Source: Saprospira grandis str. Lewin (lineage in GTDB: Bacteria; Bacteroidota; Bacteroidia; Chitinophagales; Saprospiraceae). Taken from it: a DNA stretch of 64,000 nucleotides. Below are positions 9,598 to 18,721 of the stretch, in pieces. The notes beneath the pieces are model-generated. The model ran no database searches. It was not told the origin of the DNA and saw only the letters and a program-made list of their open reading frames with translations. Location of the stretch: NCBI RefSeq assembly GCF_000250635.1, contig NC_016940.1:1160995-1224994 (forward strand), written 5' to 3'. Positions within the stretch are counted from its first letter, which is position 1, and each line of letters begins with the position of its first letter. The position numbers and the translations under genes were made by a program.

Positions 9598-10077
9598 CTA
9601 TAACTTAATTTCAGTCAAAATCTCCCATTCATTGGGCCGAGGAGCCGTATGCACCAACTGCAGGCGGTCAAAATGTAGCGGAATCGTCTGGCCCTTGCTT
9701 TCCTCATTAAAAATGGGCAAGGCCCCATACAAAAAGCTGAGCTGAGGCACAAAAGGATGCAACTCCAGATGTTCAAAAAGCTGCTGGGCCTCTGTTCGGA
9801 GCTGGTCGATCTTAGAATTTGCTTGCTTATTGAGAAAAAGGCAGCGATAATGCGCCTCTAGCTCGCCACAGGGATGAAAATCTAGGGCAATAGGCAATAG
9901 CTCCTCGGCCCAAGCCGCCAACTTTGGCGCGAGCAGCTCGGCTGGCTCTAGTAGGCCAGACAAAAGCGTTAGATGGGGACAAAAACGCGGCGAATCATCT
10001 AAGCTCGACAGGGCCTTAATGTGTTGGGCCAACTGCCGATAAGCCTGATGATTAGGGATTAACCAAAGAGAAAGCAT
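9598..10077 (-). CDS. hypothetical protein, possible 2H phosphoesterase-like
   Basis: 159 aa; single H-x-T-x motif (CPHLTLL); second motif not convincing. Confidence 0.35.
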   Translation of the reverse strand: MLSLWLIPNHQAYRQLAQHIKALSSLDDSPRFCPHLTLLSGLLEPAELLAPKLAAWAEELLPIALDFHPCGELEAHYRCLFLNKQANSKIDQLRTEAQQLFEHLELHPFVPQLSFLYGALPIFNEESKGQTIPLHFDRLQLVHTAPRPNEWEILTEIKL

Positions 10078-10202
10078 AGCAAATTGTGATTAGGGAAAGG
10101 AAGATACAAACTTATTAGGGAAAATTGCCCCCCTCTTCGGTCCTTAAAGAGTTTTGTTTAAATTTGCGGGCAATTTCATCTGCTCAAATACAGGCTTTTA
10201 TC

Positions 10203-11402
10203 ATGCTCAACATCATCTTATTTAGTAGCGAGGCCCAACGCATCCGTTTGCGCCCATTTAGTTATAGCCGCCCCATTGGCGCTTTTCGTTTGGGGATAGA
10301 CAACTTGGCGGACAAATGGCAGGCCTTGCTTGGCGGAGAGGTCTCGCATTTTACGGCCCCTTATTTGGCCCAAAAATATCCCTGCCAATTTGAAGAGGAA
10401 AACTTATTGATTCGGGCGACCGTCCTCCCCTCTGCAGATTTGATTTCGGCCATTGGGCAGCTACAGCTTGGCGAAAGCCTAGCCGATGCCCAAGGGCAAT
10501 CTATTGCTTTGAAGCTGAACTGCCTAGCCGCTCAACAATATTTGGCGGGCCAATTACTAGAGCCGCCCATTCAGCAAAACTATCTAGGCGAATTAGTCGA
10601 GTTAAAAGGGCCTTGGGACCTCTTTCAACTCAATGATCATCAGCTTTGGCAAGACTTTGAGCGCCTGAAGGGCCAGGGCCAAAAACTTTCGGCTAGCAAC
10701 CGTTTGATTGGGCCAGAAGATCAGCTCTATATTCATCCAACCGCCAGTGTAGAAGGCAGTATTTTGAATACCCAAACGGGGCCTATCTATATTGGTCCCA
10801 AGGCTCAGGTCTTAGAGGGTTGTATGTTGCGTGGACCCATTGCGCTAAACGAGGGGGCCGTCCTGAAAATGGGCGCTAAGGTCTATGGCGCAACAACTCT
10901 GGGCCCTTATGCTAAAATGGGCGGAGAAATCAGTAATGTCAATGTCTTTGGCTACTCGAACAAAGGACATGACGGATTTTTGGGCAATGCCGTTTTGGGC
11001 GAATGGTGCAATCTGGGTGCAGATACCAATAGCTCCAACCTCAAAAACAACTATGGCAAAGTCAAAGTATGGAACTACGCCCAAGAGCAATTTGAGCAAA
11101 CCGACTTACAATTTTGTGGGCTGCTGATGGGCGACCACAGCAAAACGGGTATCAATAGTATGCTCAATACCGCCACTACCGTAGGCTTTTCGGCCAACCT
11201 CTACGGGGCCGACTTCCCCGAAAAGTTTATCCCTTCTTTTGCCTGGGGCAGCAAAAACAACTGGCAAAGCTATAGCCTCGATAAAGCCATGCAAACCGCA
11301 GAGCGAATGATGCAACGCCGCAATATCCCCTTTGATGAAAAAGAAAGCCAGCTTTTTGAACAGCTTTTCCTACGGACCAAAAACTATCGAAAATGGGAGT
11401 AG
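10203..11402 (+). CDS. GlmU-like left-handed beta-helix protein (putative sugar nucleotidyl/acetyl transferase, DUF4954-type)
   Basis: hexapeptide repeats GPKAQVLEGCMLRGPIALNEGAVLKMGAKVYG..; Bacteroidota-typical ~400-aa family; track start 10125 probably too far upstream. Confidence 0.55.
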   Translation: MLNIILFSSEAQRIRLRPFSYSRPIGAFRLGIDNLADKWQALLGGEVSHFTAPYLAQKYPCQFEEENLLIRATVLPSADLISAIGQLQLGESLADAQGQSIALKLNCLAAQQYLAGQLLEPPIQQNYLGELVELKGPWDLFQLNDHQLWQDFERLKGQGQKLSASNRLIGPEDQLYIHPTASVEGSILNTQTGPIYIGPKAQVLEGCMLRGPIALNEGAVLKMGAKVYGATTLGPYAKMGGEISNVNVFGYSNKGHDGFLGNAVLGEWCNLGADTNSSNLKNNYGKVKVWNYAQEQFEQTDLQFCGLLMGDHSKTGINSMLNTATTVGFSANLYGADFPEKFIPSFAWGSKNNWQSYSLDKAMQTAERMMQRRNIPFDEKESQLFEQLFLRTKNYRKWE

Positions 11403-12058
11403 CCGTCACAAAAAAGCCCAACTTCTTAAAAAAAATGGCCAGCTACTTCTATAGCTTCCTTTTAGAGCAGGCAGAAAGCCCCATTAGCGGCCCTCTAGAA
11501 CTGCACTACCGCCAAGGGCGCTATATGTTGAGTACAGCCCATGCAATTTATTCTTATGAAGACCTCTATCACAATTTTCGGCTAGCTTTTGACTACCTGC
11601 AGCCCGAAAAAAAAGGCATCCAATCGGTCCTTATTTTAGGCTTTGCCATGGGCAGCATTTGTCAGCTCCTTGAAAGTAGGGGGCTAAAGGCCAATTACTT
11701 AGGAATAGAAATCGACCCTATCATCATCGATTGGAGTGAACGCTATATTTTAAGCGAATTATCGGCTAATATTTGCATTCAACAAGCTGATGCGGCCAAG
11801 TTTTTGCAAAAAAACACAGACAAATTTGAGCTGATACTCATTGACCTATTTGTAGATAATCAGGTCCCTGAAGCCTTCAGAACCATAGACTTTTTAGAAA
11901 ACATTCAAGAACATTTAGCCCCAAATGGACGTATAATATACAACAGTATGTCTGATCAAAAGGGACATCCAGCATTTTTGGAACAATTTCGGCAAGTCTT
12001 TCCGAAAATGCACAGCCTAGAAATTGGAAAGAACCAGCTCCTTTTTAATTTTGCATAA
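11393..12058 (+). CDS. spermidine-synthase-like class I SAM-dependent methyltransferase fold protein
   Basis: LILGFAMGS..GIEIDP..LILIDLF pattern; overlaps upstream stop by 10 nt (operon). Confidence 0.45.
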   Translation: MGVAVTKKPNFLKKMASYFYSFLLEQAESPISGPLELHYRQGRYMLSTAHAIYSYEDLYHNFRLAFDYLQPEKKGIQSVLILGFAMGSICQLLESRGLKANYLGIEIDPIIIDWSERYILSELSANICIQQADAAKFLQKNTDKFELILIDLFVDNQVPEAFRTIDFLENIQEHLAPNGRIIYNSMSDQKGHPAFLEQFRQVFPKMHSLEIGKNQLLFNFA

Positions 12059-12352
12059 TCAGCTGTCACAAATATTAGGCATTTCACCTAGGTGCAGATT
12101 AAAAAATCATTAGGGTAATTAAGGCTCTTGGCAAATAGACTTTTATTCCTTATTTTTAGTTAAATTAAAATAAAATTCTGAGTTGCCTAGCAGTTAGCTA
12201 ACAAAGGGTAGCTGCAAAAAGCCGTCTAATTGCAGTTAATTTCTCAAAACTCTTAATTTTCACGATATTCATTGGCTCAATAGCCCCCAAAATACTCCAA
12301 CTCAAGATAAATACAAAGACAGAAAATCGACACACTTAATATTTTAGGGAAT

Positions 12353-13432
12353 ATGAAAGCACTGTACAACCAATCACTCTTTAGTTTGCTGCTCCTTTGC
12401 AGTTTGCTGTTTTTAGGGAGCAGCTCTAAGCTAGAGGCCAACGACAAGTTTTTCGATTACCTGCCCAAGTACCGTAAGTTCAATTCCAATTATCAGATTG
12501 ATAAGATTGAATACCGAGAAAAGCGCACGGTAATTTACTTCCGCTTTGTGGTGGAAGAAGATAATAATGTAGCCTTTTATAGCGGCTCTCACCCCAATGC
12601 CTGGTACCTGCGTACACCTCCTCGTATGCGAGGCATTGAGGTGCAGTTCAAGTTGATGGAAATCACCGACATCCGTGTCAATAATGAGGTAAAAGTAGAT
12701 ATCCTCAAAGATATTCCAGAAATCGAATACGAAATGAAAAGAGGCGATGTAGTGACCTGCGAAATGCACTTTGCCCGCATTCCCCACTATATCCGTATGC
12801 TCGACCTTATTGAAGGTGCCGACGGAGATATGGATAACGACCGCTTCAACTGTTTCGATATTCTCATCAAAACGGCTCAAAGCCCTCTGCTCGGAAAAGA
12901 AAGCGAGGCCCAAAAGAATACCCAACGCTTTGAGTCTACCTTTACTTACCTGCAACCCAAAACCGCTAGCCAACCCCTAGCCGCCAAAGAAGACAGCTCC
13001 AAAGAAGCAAATAATACACATATGGCCGAGCCGATTGACTATCGCCCTCAAGCCATGACAGACCTAGCCGATATCCGCTGCAATAAACGGGTGATTCTTC
13101 CTTCTATCTCTTTTAAAGAAGATGCGGTAAATTTCAACGGAAGAGTCCGCGCTATGCAGGATATCAAAACACTTCGCCAATACCTAGAAAATTATCCCTC
13201 GGCAATGATTCGCCTACACGGACATACCGATATCTTTGGCGATGAGATCCAAAACCTTCAACTCTCTAGAGAACGGGCTATGGCCGTTAAACTAGAACTA
13301 GTCAAAATGGGCATCGACCGCGATCGTATCGAGATCCTATTCTACGGCGGAAGACAACCCCTCCAAGGCCTAGAAGAAGGCGGTATAGCAAACAGAAGGG
13401 TGGAAGCAGAAGCCATCTGTACCGACCAATAA
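12353..13432 (+). CDS. OmpA-family protein (C-terminal peptidoglycan-binding OmpA/MotB domain)
   Basis: signal peptide; C-terminus RLHGHTDIFGDEIQNLQLSRERAMAVKLELVKMGIDRDRIEILFYGG matches OmpA_C. Confidence 0.75.
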   Translation: MKALYNQSLFSLLLLCSLLFLGSSSKLEANDKFFDYLPKYRKFNSNYQIDKIEYREKRTVIYFRFVVEEDNNVAFYSGSHPNAWYLRTPPRMRGIEVQFKLMEITDIRVNNEVKVDILKDIPEIEYEMKRGDVVTCEMHFARIPHYIRMLDLIEGADGDMDNDRFNCFDILIKTAQSPLLGKESEAQKNTQRFESTFTYLQPKTASQPLAAKEDSSKEANNTHMAEPIDYRPQAMTDLADIRCNKRVILPSISFKEDAVNFNGRVRAMQDIKTLRQYLENYPSAMIRLHGHTDIFGDEIQNLQLSRERAMAVKLELVKMGIDRDRIEILFYGGRQPLQGLEEGGIANRRVEAEAICTDQ

Positions 13433-13454
13433 GCCAGACTATTCCGCAATCAAA

Positions 13455-13489
13455 AGCAGCTATTCCTATTCAGGAATAGCTGCTTTTTT
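13455..13489 (+). terminator. rho-independent terminator
   Basis: agcagctattcc-tattca-ggaatagctgct 12-bp stem plus TTTTTT. Confidence 0.8.
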
Positions 13490-13493
13490 CGAT

Positions 13494-13558
13494 TAGGGTT
13501 TCCCCTAGTTTTGCAAAGACTAGGGTTTCCCCTAACAAAAGAGAAAAGACTAGGGTAT
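13494..13558. promoter_or_regulatory. three direct copies of an operator-like palindrome CTAGGG-TTT-CCCTAG
   Basis: tagggtttcccctag at 13494-13508, gactagggtttcccctaa at 13518-13535, gactagggtat half-site at 13548-13558, immediately upstream of ATG 13607. Confidence 0.4.
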
Positions 13559-13606
13559 ATATTTGTGTCAGAAGCAAAATTCCTCTCCCACCTTAAATCT
13601 TTTGTT

Positions 13607-13957
13607 ATGCGATTAGCTATGGAAAAAATGGGTAGTCTGTTTTTTTACCTCCTTAAGGACTACCTCTATCAAGCCCTCCCTCCTATTCGGCTCTATACCA
13701 AAGTGTACCTAATTGATAATCAATCTGATTATCCGCTGACGATTGTGGGGTGGAAAGAGGGACAGAAAAAACAGGAATTTATTCCCCTTGGCCCCAACGG
13801 ACAATTAAATCTAGAAGACAGCCAACGATATTGTAAAACTAGCCTCGGCCGGTCTGTATCTATCTTTATCAATGGATGCTATACAAGCAAACGCATCAAA
13901 TATATCAACGGACAAGCCACCCTAATTATCAAGAATTCAGATTACTCATCCTTTTAA
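13607..13957 (+). CDS. hypothetical protein (start trimmed from track 13511 to ATG13607 because upstream part is repeats and a terminator)
   Basis: ORF 13511..13957; no domain recognised. Confidence 0.35.
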   Translation: MRLAMEKMGSLFFYLLKDYLYQALPPIRLYTKVYLIDNQSDYPLTIVGWKEGQKKQEFIPLGPNGQLNLEDSQRYCKTSLGRSVSIFINGCYTSKRIKYINGQATLIIKNSDYSSF

Positions 13958-13966
13958 TCGTTCATT

Positions 13967-14776
13967 ATGCAAATTAAAGAAGAGATCCAAGCCTGGAACG
14001 AGATCCGAAATAGCCAAAAAGGCTTTCAGTTCTTGCAAGCAGGTAGCGGACTCACCCTCTCTAAAGAGGAGTTCCAACAGTGGAATAACAGCTCGGATTA
14101 TGTTCACCTCTACCTAGCTAATCAAAATGATGCGCTCTGCTTCTATCTTATTGATGATTATCATGATCATGCCCAAGAGTATATCCTGGGCCAGACCATT
14201 TTCAAAAAGCAGTTTATTCATCCCACAATAAACGCTAAGCAACAGCCTCCTCTAGCAAAACAAGCAAACAACTTCCTTATCCAATTTCTTCAAGAGCTCA
14301 ATAGCCGACTACAAGCAGCTAGCAATAGCTCTCTCGAGCAACAAAAGCAAAGCCTAGAAGAAGGCTGCAAAAAGATGCTGGACCAACTCAATACGCCCCT
14401 AGCCCTCAGCCAATTTCAACAGGCTGTTCAGAACCAAATAGATGCCGTGATCCCCAGCTTCCGCTGGCTGATGTTCTCCCCACAATGGTTCGAGGAATTG
14501 GCCCAAGCCGAAAAGGTGGTGCAGGCCTTCAAAATCCCTTTCCAAGATTTTAAATTCCTCTTCGAGGAGCACAATAGCCAAGAGGCTTTCCTCTTTTTTG
14601 GCCTGAAAGATACCCCCATGGAAGATTTTTCGACCACTATTGATGTCTTTCTGACCCAATACGACCCCAGTAAGAAAAGTAGCGAGGAGATTAGCTTTGT
14701 CCTAGCCAATCGCACGGCAGATATTAGCACGCCTTGCCCCCCTTACCATAGCTACGATCTCCCCCTGCTTAATTAG
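13967..14776 (+). CDS. hypothetical protein
   Basis: 269 aa, Gln-rich, no known domain; 10 bp after upstream gene. Confidence 0.45.
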   Translation: MQIKEEIQAWNEIRNSQKGFQFLQAGSGLTLSKEEFQQWNNSSDYVHLYLANQNDALCFYLIDDYHDHAQEYILGQTIFKKQFIHPTINAKQQPPLAKQANNFLIQFLQELNSRLQAASNSSLEQQKQSLEEGCKKMLDQLNTPLALSQFQQAVQNQIDAVIPSFRWLMFSPQWFEELAQAEKVVQAFKIPFQDFKFLFEEHNSQEAFLFFGLKDTPMEDFSTTIDVFLTQYDPSKKSSEEISFVLANRTADISTPCPPYHSYDLPLLN

Positions 14777-14926
14777 GTCTAGCCCCAATACCTACTTTTT
14801 ATGCTTTTTGTTCTCCCCCTAGCCCTAAGCCAATCAAAAAGGGCTAATAAACTTTAGCTTGCCTAGGACTAGACAAAAAGCATATTTTAAGTACATTAGC
14901 CCCAATCAAATTGGGGCTTTTTACTT

Positions 14927-15580
14927 ATGATGGAATGGATAAATTTACTAGGCCGATTGATTGCCGTCTCCGCTATCGTCATCCTAACGCTAGGCGGCCT
15001 GCTCTCAATCACTACAAAACAATACGCAGAGAAAAACTGGACCCTCACTTACCTTCTTTTCTTGCTCGCCACTGAAGGCCTCGCTAGTTATATTGGCTTT
15101 TATCGCCAAGAGAGCGTCTTCTTTATGTTTATCCTCTCTTTTTTCTTGCATTTCTCCTTCCTCAATCTCTACTATAACCACTTTCTCTTTCAACATCCGC
15201 CCTGGAAAACCCTGCTCAGCGCTAGCCTCGGCCTAATCCCCTTTCTCCTCTTTGTTTTGCCCGAACCCTACTACCAGTTATTCCGATACTATGACCGCCT
15301 GCCCTTCTCTTTCTCCATTATGCTCGCTAGCCTGCTCTATTTCTACCAATTGGTCAGCGGAAAAAGAACCTACGAAAAGCCTACAACCCTACTCAACGCC
15401 AGTATTCTCCTCTTTTTTAGCCTCGATGCCTTTTTGGCCCTAGCTACAGAGTACCTGATTCATGAAAACCTGATTTTAGTCTCTGGCTTTTGGACCATCA
15501 GAGCCATTTGCCTCCAATTATTCTATAGCGCTTTAATTTATCACGGATGGGCCCGCAGCAAAATGCCTCTACAGTTCTAA
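14927..15580 (+). CDS. polytopic membrane protein upstream of two-component system
   Basis: 217 aa with ~6 hydrophobic helices; overlaps kinase gene start by 34 nt in another frame. Confidence 0.5.
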   Translation: MMEWINLLGRLIAVSAIVILTLGGLLSITTKQYAEKNWTLTYLLFLLATEGLASYIGFYRQESVFFMFILSFFLHFSFLNLYYNHFLFQHPPWKTLLSASLGLIPFLLFVLPEPYYQLFRYYDRLPFSFSIMLASLLYFYQLVSGKRTYEKPTTLLNASILLFFSLDAFLALATEYLIHENLILVSGFWTIRAICLQLFYSALIYHGWARSKMPLQF

Positions 15581-16293
15581 TCCTCCTCGCTCTAGGAACC
15601 ATTATCCTAGGGACCCTCCTCGGCCTGCTCTTTTTCTTCCTCCGCATTCACCTCAAAAGAATTAAGGCCGCCGAAGAAGAAAAACACCGCCTCGAGATTA
15701 ACCACCAAAAAGCCTTGGCCTCAGCTACTGTAGAGATTCAGGAAAGAGAACGCGCCCGTATCGCAGAAGAATTGCATGACGATCTTATCGCCCAACTTTA
15801 CCGAATTAAGCTCTCTAACTTTAATCCACAAATCAACCAGATGCTCAAAATGAGTATCCAAAAGGCCCGCGGCCTCTCTCACGATCTTAGCCCCCCTATG
15901 ATTGATCAGGTAAATATGGAAACGATTCTGCTCGATTTTATCGAGCCCTTTCGACAAAAGTATCAAATTCAATCTAATCTCAATGATGGCAATAATAAAG
16001 AACTGCCCAAGGAGGCGAAGCTCCAACTCTTCCGCATTTTTCAAGAACTCATTACCAATATAGATAAACATGCCGCGGCTAAGCAGATAGATATTTATTA
16101 CCGCTATCGCCATAATTATTTGGCCCTCCTCCTCCGCGATGATGGCCTAGGCTTTAAGGCCGAACAACAAAATGGCCTGGGCCTAAAGAATATTGCCATG
16201 CGCAGCCAAATCCTAGACGGTCAATTTAAGTTTAAACCCAATTCTCCAAACGGAACTACTTTTACTTTCCTACATTATGAGCCAAACAACTAA
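15547..16293 (+). CDS. sensor histidine kinase (HisKA_3/NarX-DegS-type H-box)
   Basis: one TM helix then RERARIAEELHDDL H-box; C-terminal ATPase region with NGLGLKNIAMR G-box. Confidence 0.75.
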   Translation: MGPQQNASTVLILLALGTIILGTLLGLLFFFLRIHLKRIKAAEEEKHRLEINHQKALASATVEIQERERARIAEELHDDLIAQLYRIKLSNFNPQINQMLKMSIQKARGLSHDLSPPMIDQVNMETILLDFIEPFRQKYQIQSNLNDGNNKELPKEAKLQLFRIFQELITNIDKHAAAKQIDIYYRYRHNYLALLLRDDGLGFKAEQQNGLGLKNIAMRSQILDGQFKFKPNSPNGTTFTFLHYEPNN

Positions 16294-16972
16294 GATTAAG
16301 ATCGCCATTACCGACGACGACTCTCTGGTGGTCCAACTACTTACCGAATACCTAGAGAAGTTCTCTCCCCTTCCCTGCCAGGTGGTCCTCCAAGCCTATA
16401 GCGGCCAAGAGTTTATAGAAAAGACCAAGCTCCCTAGCTTCCAAGAGGTCGATATTATCTTGCTCGATATGCGAATGAAGGAAGGAGACGGCCTTTGGGT
16501 GCTCAATGAATTGAGTAAGCAGTCTTTTTCGGCCAAGATTATTGTGCTCACTTCTTACTATAAAACGGCCTACATTGGCCAGATGATGAGCCTTGGAGCC
16601 CATGCTTTTTTGCCCAAAGAGATTGATAAGGAGCAATTAGTGGAAATCATCCAGGAGGTCCAGCAAAAAGGCCACTATTTTAGCAGCGAGCAGATGCAGT
16701 CGCTCCGCTCGCAAATTACGGCCAAATCGCCTAAGTTACAGCTCGATCCCAGTAGCCAGATTAGTCCCCGAGAACTAGAGGTGCTCCAACTGATTGCCCA
16801 GCAATATACCAATAAGGAGATTGCCGAAAAGCTCTGCCTGACGGTCAAGACCATTGAGGCCCATAAAAGTAATTTGCTGGCCAAAACGGGCTCTAAGAAT
16901 GCGGTGGGCCTAGTGGTCTATGCTATAGAACAGGGCCTGATTAAGGCCAGCGATTGTATCCGCCTCAACTAA
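16277..16972 (+). CDS. LuxR/NarL-family response regulator
   Basis: receiver IKIAITDDD..ILLDMRM; C-terminal HTH SPRELEVLQLIAQQYTNKEIAEKLCLTVKTIEAHKSNLLAKTG; 17-nt overlap with kinase. Confidence 0.85.
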   Translation: MSQTTKIKIAITDDDSLVVQLLTEYLEKFSPLPCQVVLQAYSGQEFIEKTKLPSFQEVDIILLDMRMKEGDGLWVLNELSKQSFSAKIIVLTSYYKTAYIGQMMSLGAHAFLPKEIDKEQLVEIIQEVQQKGHYFSSEQMQSLRSQITAKSPKLQLDPSSQISPRELEVLQLIAQQYTNKEIAEKLCLTVKTIEAHKSNLLAKTGSKNAVGLVVYAIEQGLIKASDCIRLN

Positions 16973-16989
16973 TTTTTTTTGGTCTTTTT

Positions 16990-17570
16990 GACCTTTGTTT
17001 TTTCTTTTTTCCTTTTGGGGCCCGCGGCCCAGGCAGGCCTAGGGCCTGCCTGGGCCGCCGCTATGCTGCGCGGCTCGCTGTTACTTGCTTCGCTGCGTCG
17101 GCTCCCGTTGGTCGGGTCGCTCGGCCCATCGCTTTTTCGCTTTGCTCAAAAGCTCGGTCTGGCCTGCGGCCACCGCTGCGCAGCGCTGGGCCGCTCGGCC
17201 TCTTAGCTTGGCCAGTTCTTTCTGCTGCGGCCCCCTTGGCCCCTCCTTTTAAATGGTATTCGTCGCTGCGCTCCTCATCCGTCTATATGTCCCCGCCCAC
17301 CCACCCCTCTACGGGATTCCCTAAGGAATCCCTCGGGATGGCTGGACCAACTCCTACACCTCCTCGCCCACTAAATAGGCGGCTTCGCCGCCTCTGGCCC
17401 AAAGGGACAGAACGGCCTAGTGATGCGGCGGGGTGGCCCAAAGGGCCAGACCCAGGCGGCGCAGCCGCCGCAGGGCCGAGCAGACCTGCGAGCCCCAAAG
17501 CGTAACGGCGCAAGGCGAAGCCGCAGCGCAGGCCCCAACTCCTCCCCTCAGAAAAATAGCGGAAATAAAA
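16990..17570. repeat. ~580-bp composite of REP-like modules: two core copies in opposite orientation flanking a reverse module B
   Basis: ggggcccgcggccc.. at left, module B reverse at 17256-17332, gcagggccgagcagacctgcgagcccc core reverse at ~17480; track ORFs 16954..17505 and 17283..17663 are repeat artefacts. Confidence 0.8.
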
Positions 17571-17587
17571 CACAAAACCTCTAGCCC

Positions 17588-18718
17588 CTAGCGCCCAACA
17601 TAAGCCCCCAGCGCCTCCAACAAAGCCGAAATATCCCCCAAATCCATATCCGCCCGCAGGCAAATGCGCAGGCGCTCCTGCCCCCTAGGCACCGTAGGGT
17701 ATCGAATGGGACGCAAATCAAAACCCTGCCCCTCCAAATGCTCCGAAAGGGCCAAAACCTCCCGATTTCCTGGCCAAAAAATAGCCTGAATCGGTCCCTG
17801 ATTGGCCGTCAAAATAGTCGAAAGGGCCAGTTTTTCCCTTAAGGCCAAATAATGGGCTAAACGCTGCTGCAGTTCGGCCCGCAGCCGCGCCCCCTCCCGC
17901 TCCAAATAGCGATAAACCAAGCGCAAATGCCCAATCTGAGGCAATGACATGGCCGTACTATAGATCAAAGGACGGGCAAAATTGATGAGATACTGCCGCA
18001 GGGTCGAGCTGCCCAAAATCACCGCCCCATGGCTGCCCACCGCCTTGCCAAAGGTATGCAGACGGGCAAAAATGCGCTGGCTCAGGCCTAATTCCTGAAC
18101 CAAACCGCCCCCATTTGGACCAAAACAGGCCGTCGCATGCGCCTCATCGACCAAAAGGGCCGCCCCATAACGCTCCGCCAAATCGGCCAAGGCCCCCAAA
18201 GGCGCCCGATCGCCATCCATGGAATAAAGCGACTCCACCCAAATGTAGCGCAGCCCCTTGGGCGCAAGCGCCAACTGCCTCTCCAAATCCTGCAAATCAT
18301 TGTGCGCAAAGGCAAAAGCCTGCCCCTTGGCCAGCTTTAGGGCATCATGCAAACTCGCATGGGCCAAGGCATCATAATATAAGGTATCGCCCCGCTGCAA
18401 AAGGGCCGAAACCAAGCCCAAATTGCCCAGATAACCCGTGTTAAACAGCAAAGCCGTTTCCGCCTCATGGAATTGGGCCAACTGCTGCTCCAACTCCAGC
18501 ATAGCAGGATGATGGCCCGAAAGCAAGCGGGAACCCGTGGCCCCCATTTGCTCATATTTTTCTTGCCCCAACTGCAAAAGGAGCTCCCGATTCCTAGCCA
18601 AGCCCAAATAGTCATTCGAGCTAAAGCTAATGAGCTCTGGCCGATGGCGCAAACTGCGTTGCATCCCCCGCTTCGCATAGGCCGCAAGACGCTCTTGCAG
18701 CCGTTCTTCATGCTTCAT
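17588..18718 (-). CDS. 8-amino-7-oxononanoate synthase family PLP-dependent acyltransferase (BioF/Kbl/SPT-like)
   Basis: 376 aa; HTFGKAVGSHGAVILGS lysine-PLP region; class-II aminotransferase fold; markedly GC- and Ala/Leu/Arg-rich relative to neighbours. Confidence 0.75.
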   Translation of the reverse strand: MKHEERLQERLAAYAKRGMQRSLRHRPELISFSSNDYLGLARNRELLLQLGQEKYEQMGATGSRLLSGHHPAMLELEQQLAQFHEAETALLFNTGYLGNLGLVSALLQRGDTLYYDALAHASLHDALKLAKGQAFAFAHNDLQDLERQLALAPKGLRYIWVESLYSMDGDRAPLGALADLAERYGAALLVDEAHATACFGPNGGGLVQELGLSQRIFARLHTFGKAVGSHGAVILGSSTLRQYLINFARPLIYSTAMSLPQIGHLRLVYRYLEREGARLRAELQQRLAHYLALREKLALSTILTANQGPIQAIFWPGNREVLALSEHLEGQGFDLRPIRYPTVPRGQERLRICLRADMDLGDISALLEALGAYVGR

Positions 18719-18721
18719 GAC

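Noticed and set aside
18115-18711. ORFs 18115..18444, 18137..18340, 18337..18711 and 18088..18315 inside or antisense to the bioF-like gene
   Set aside because: They are alternate-frame or antisense products of a GC-rich gene with Pro/Arg-rich low-complexity translations. The BioF frame has full-length family similarity.
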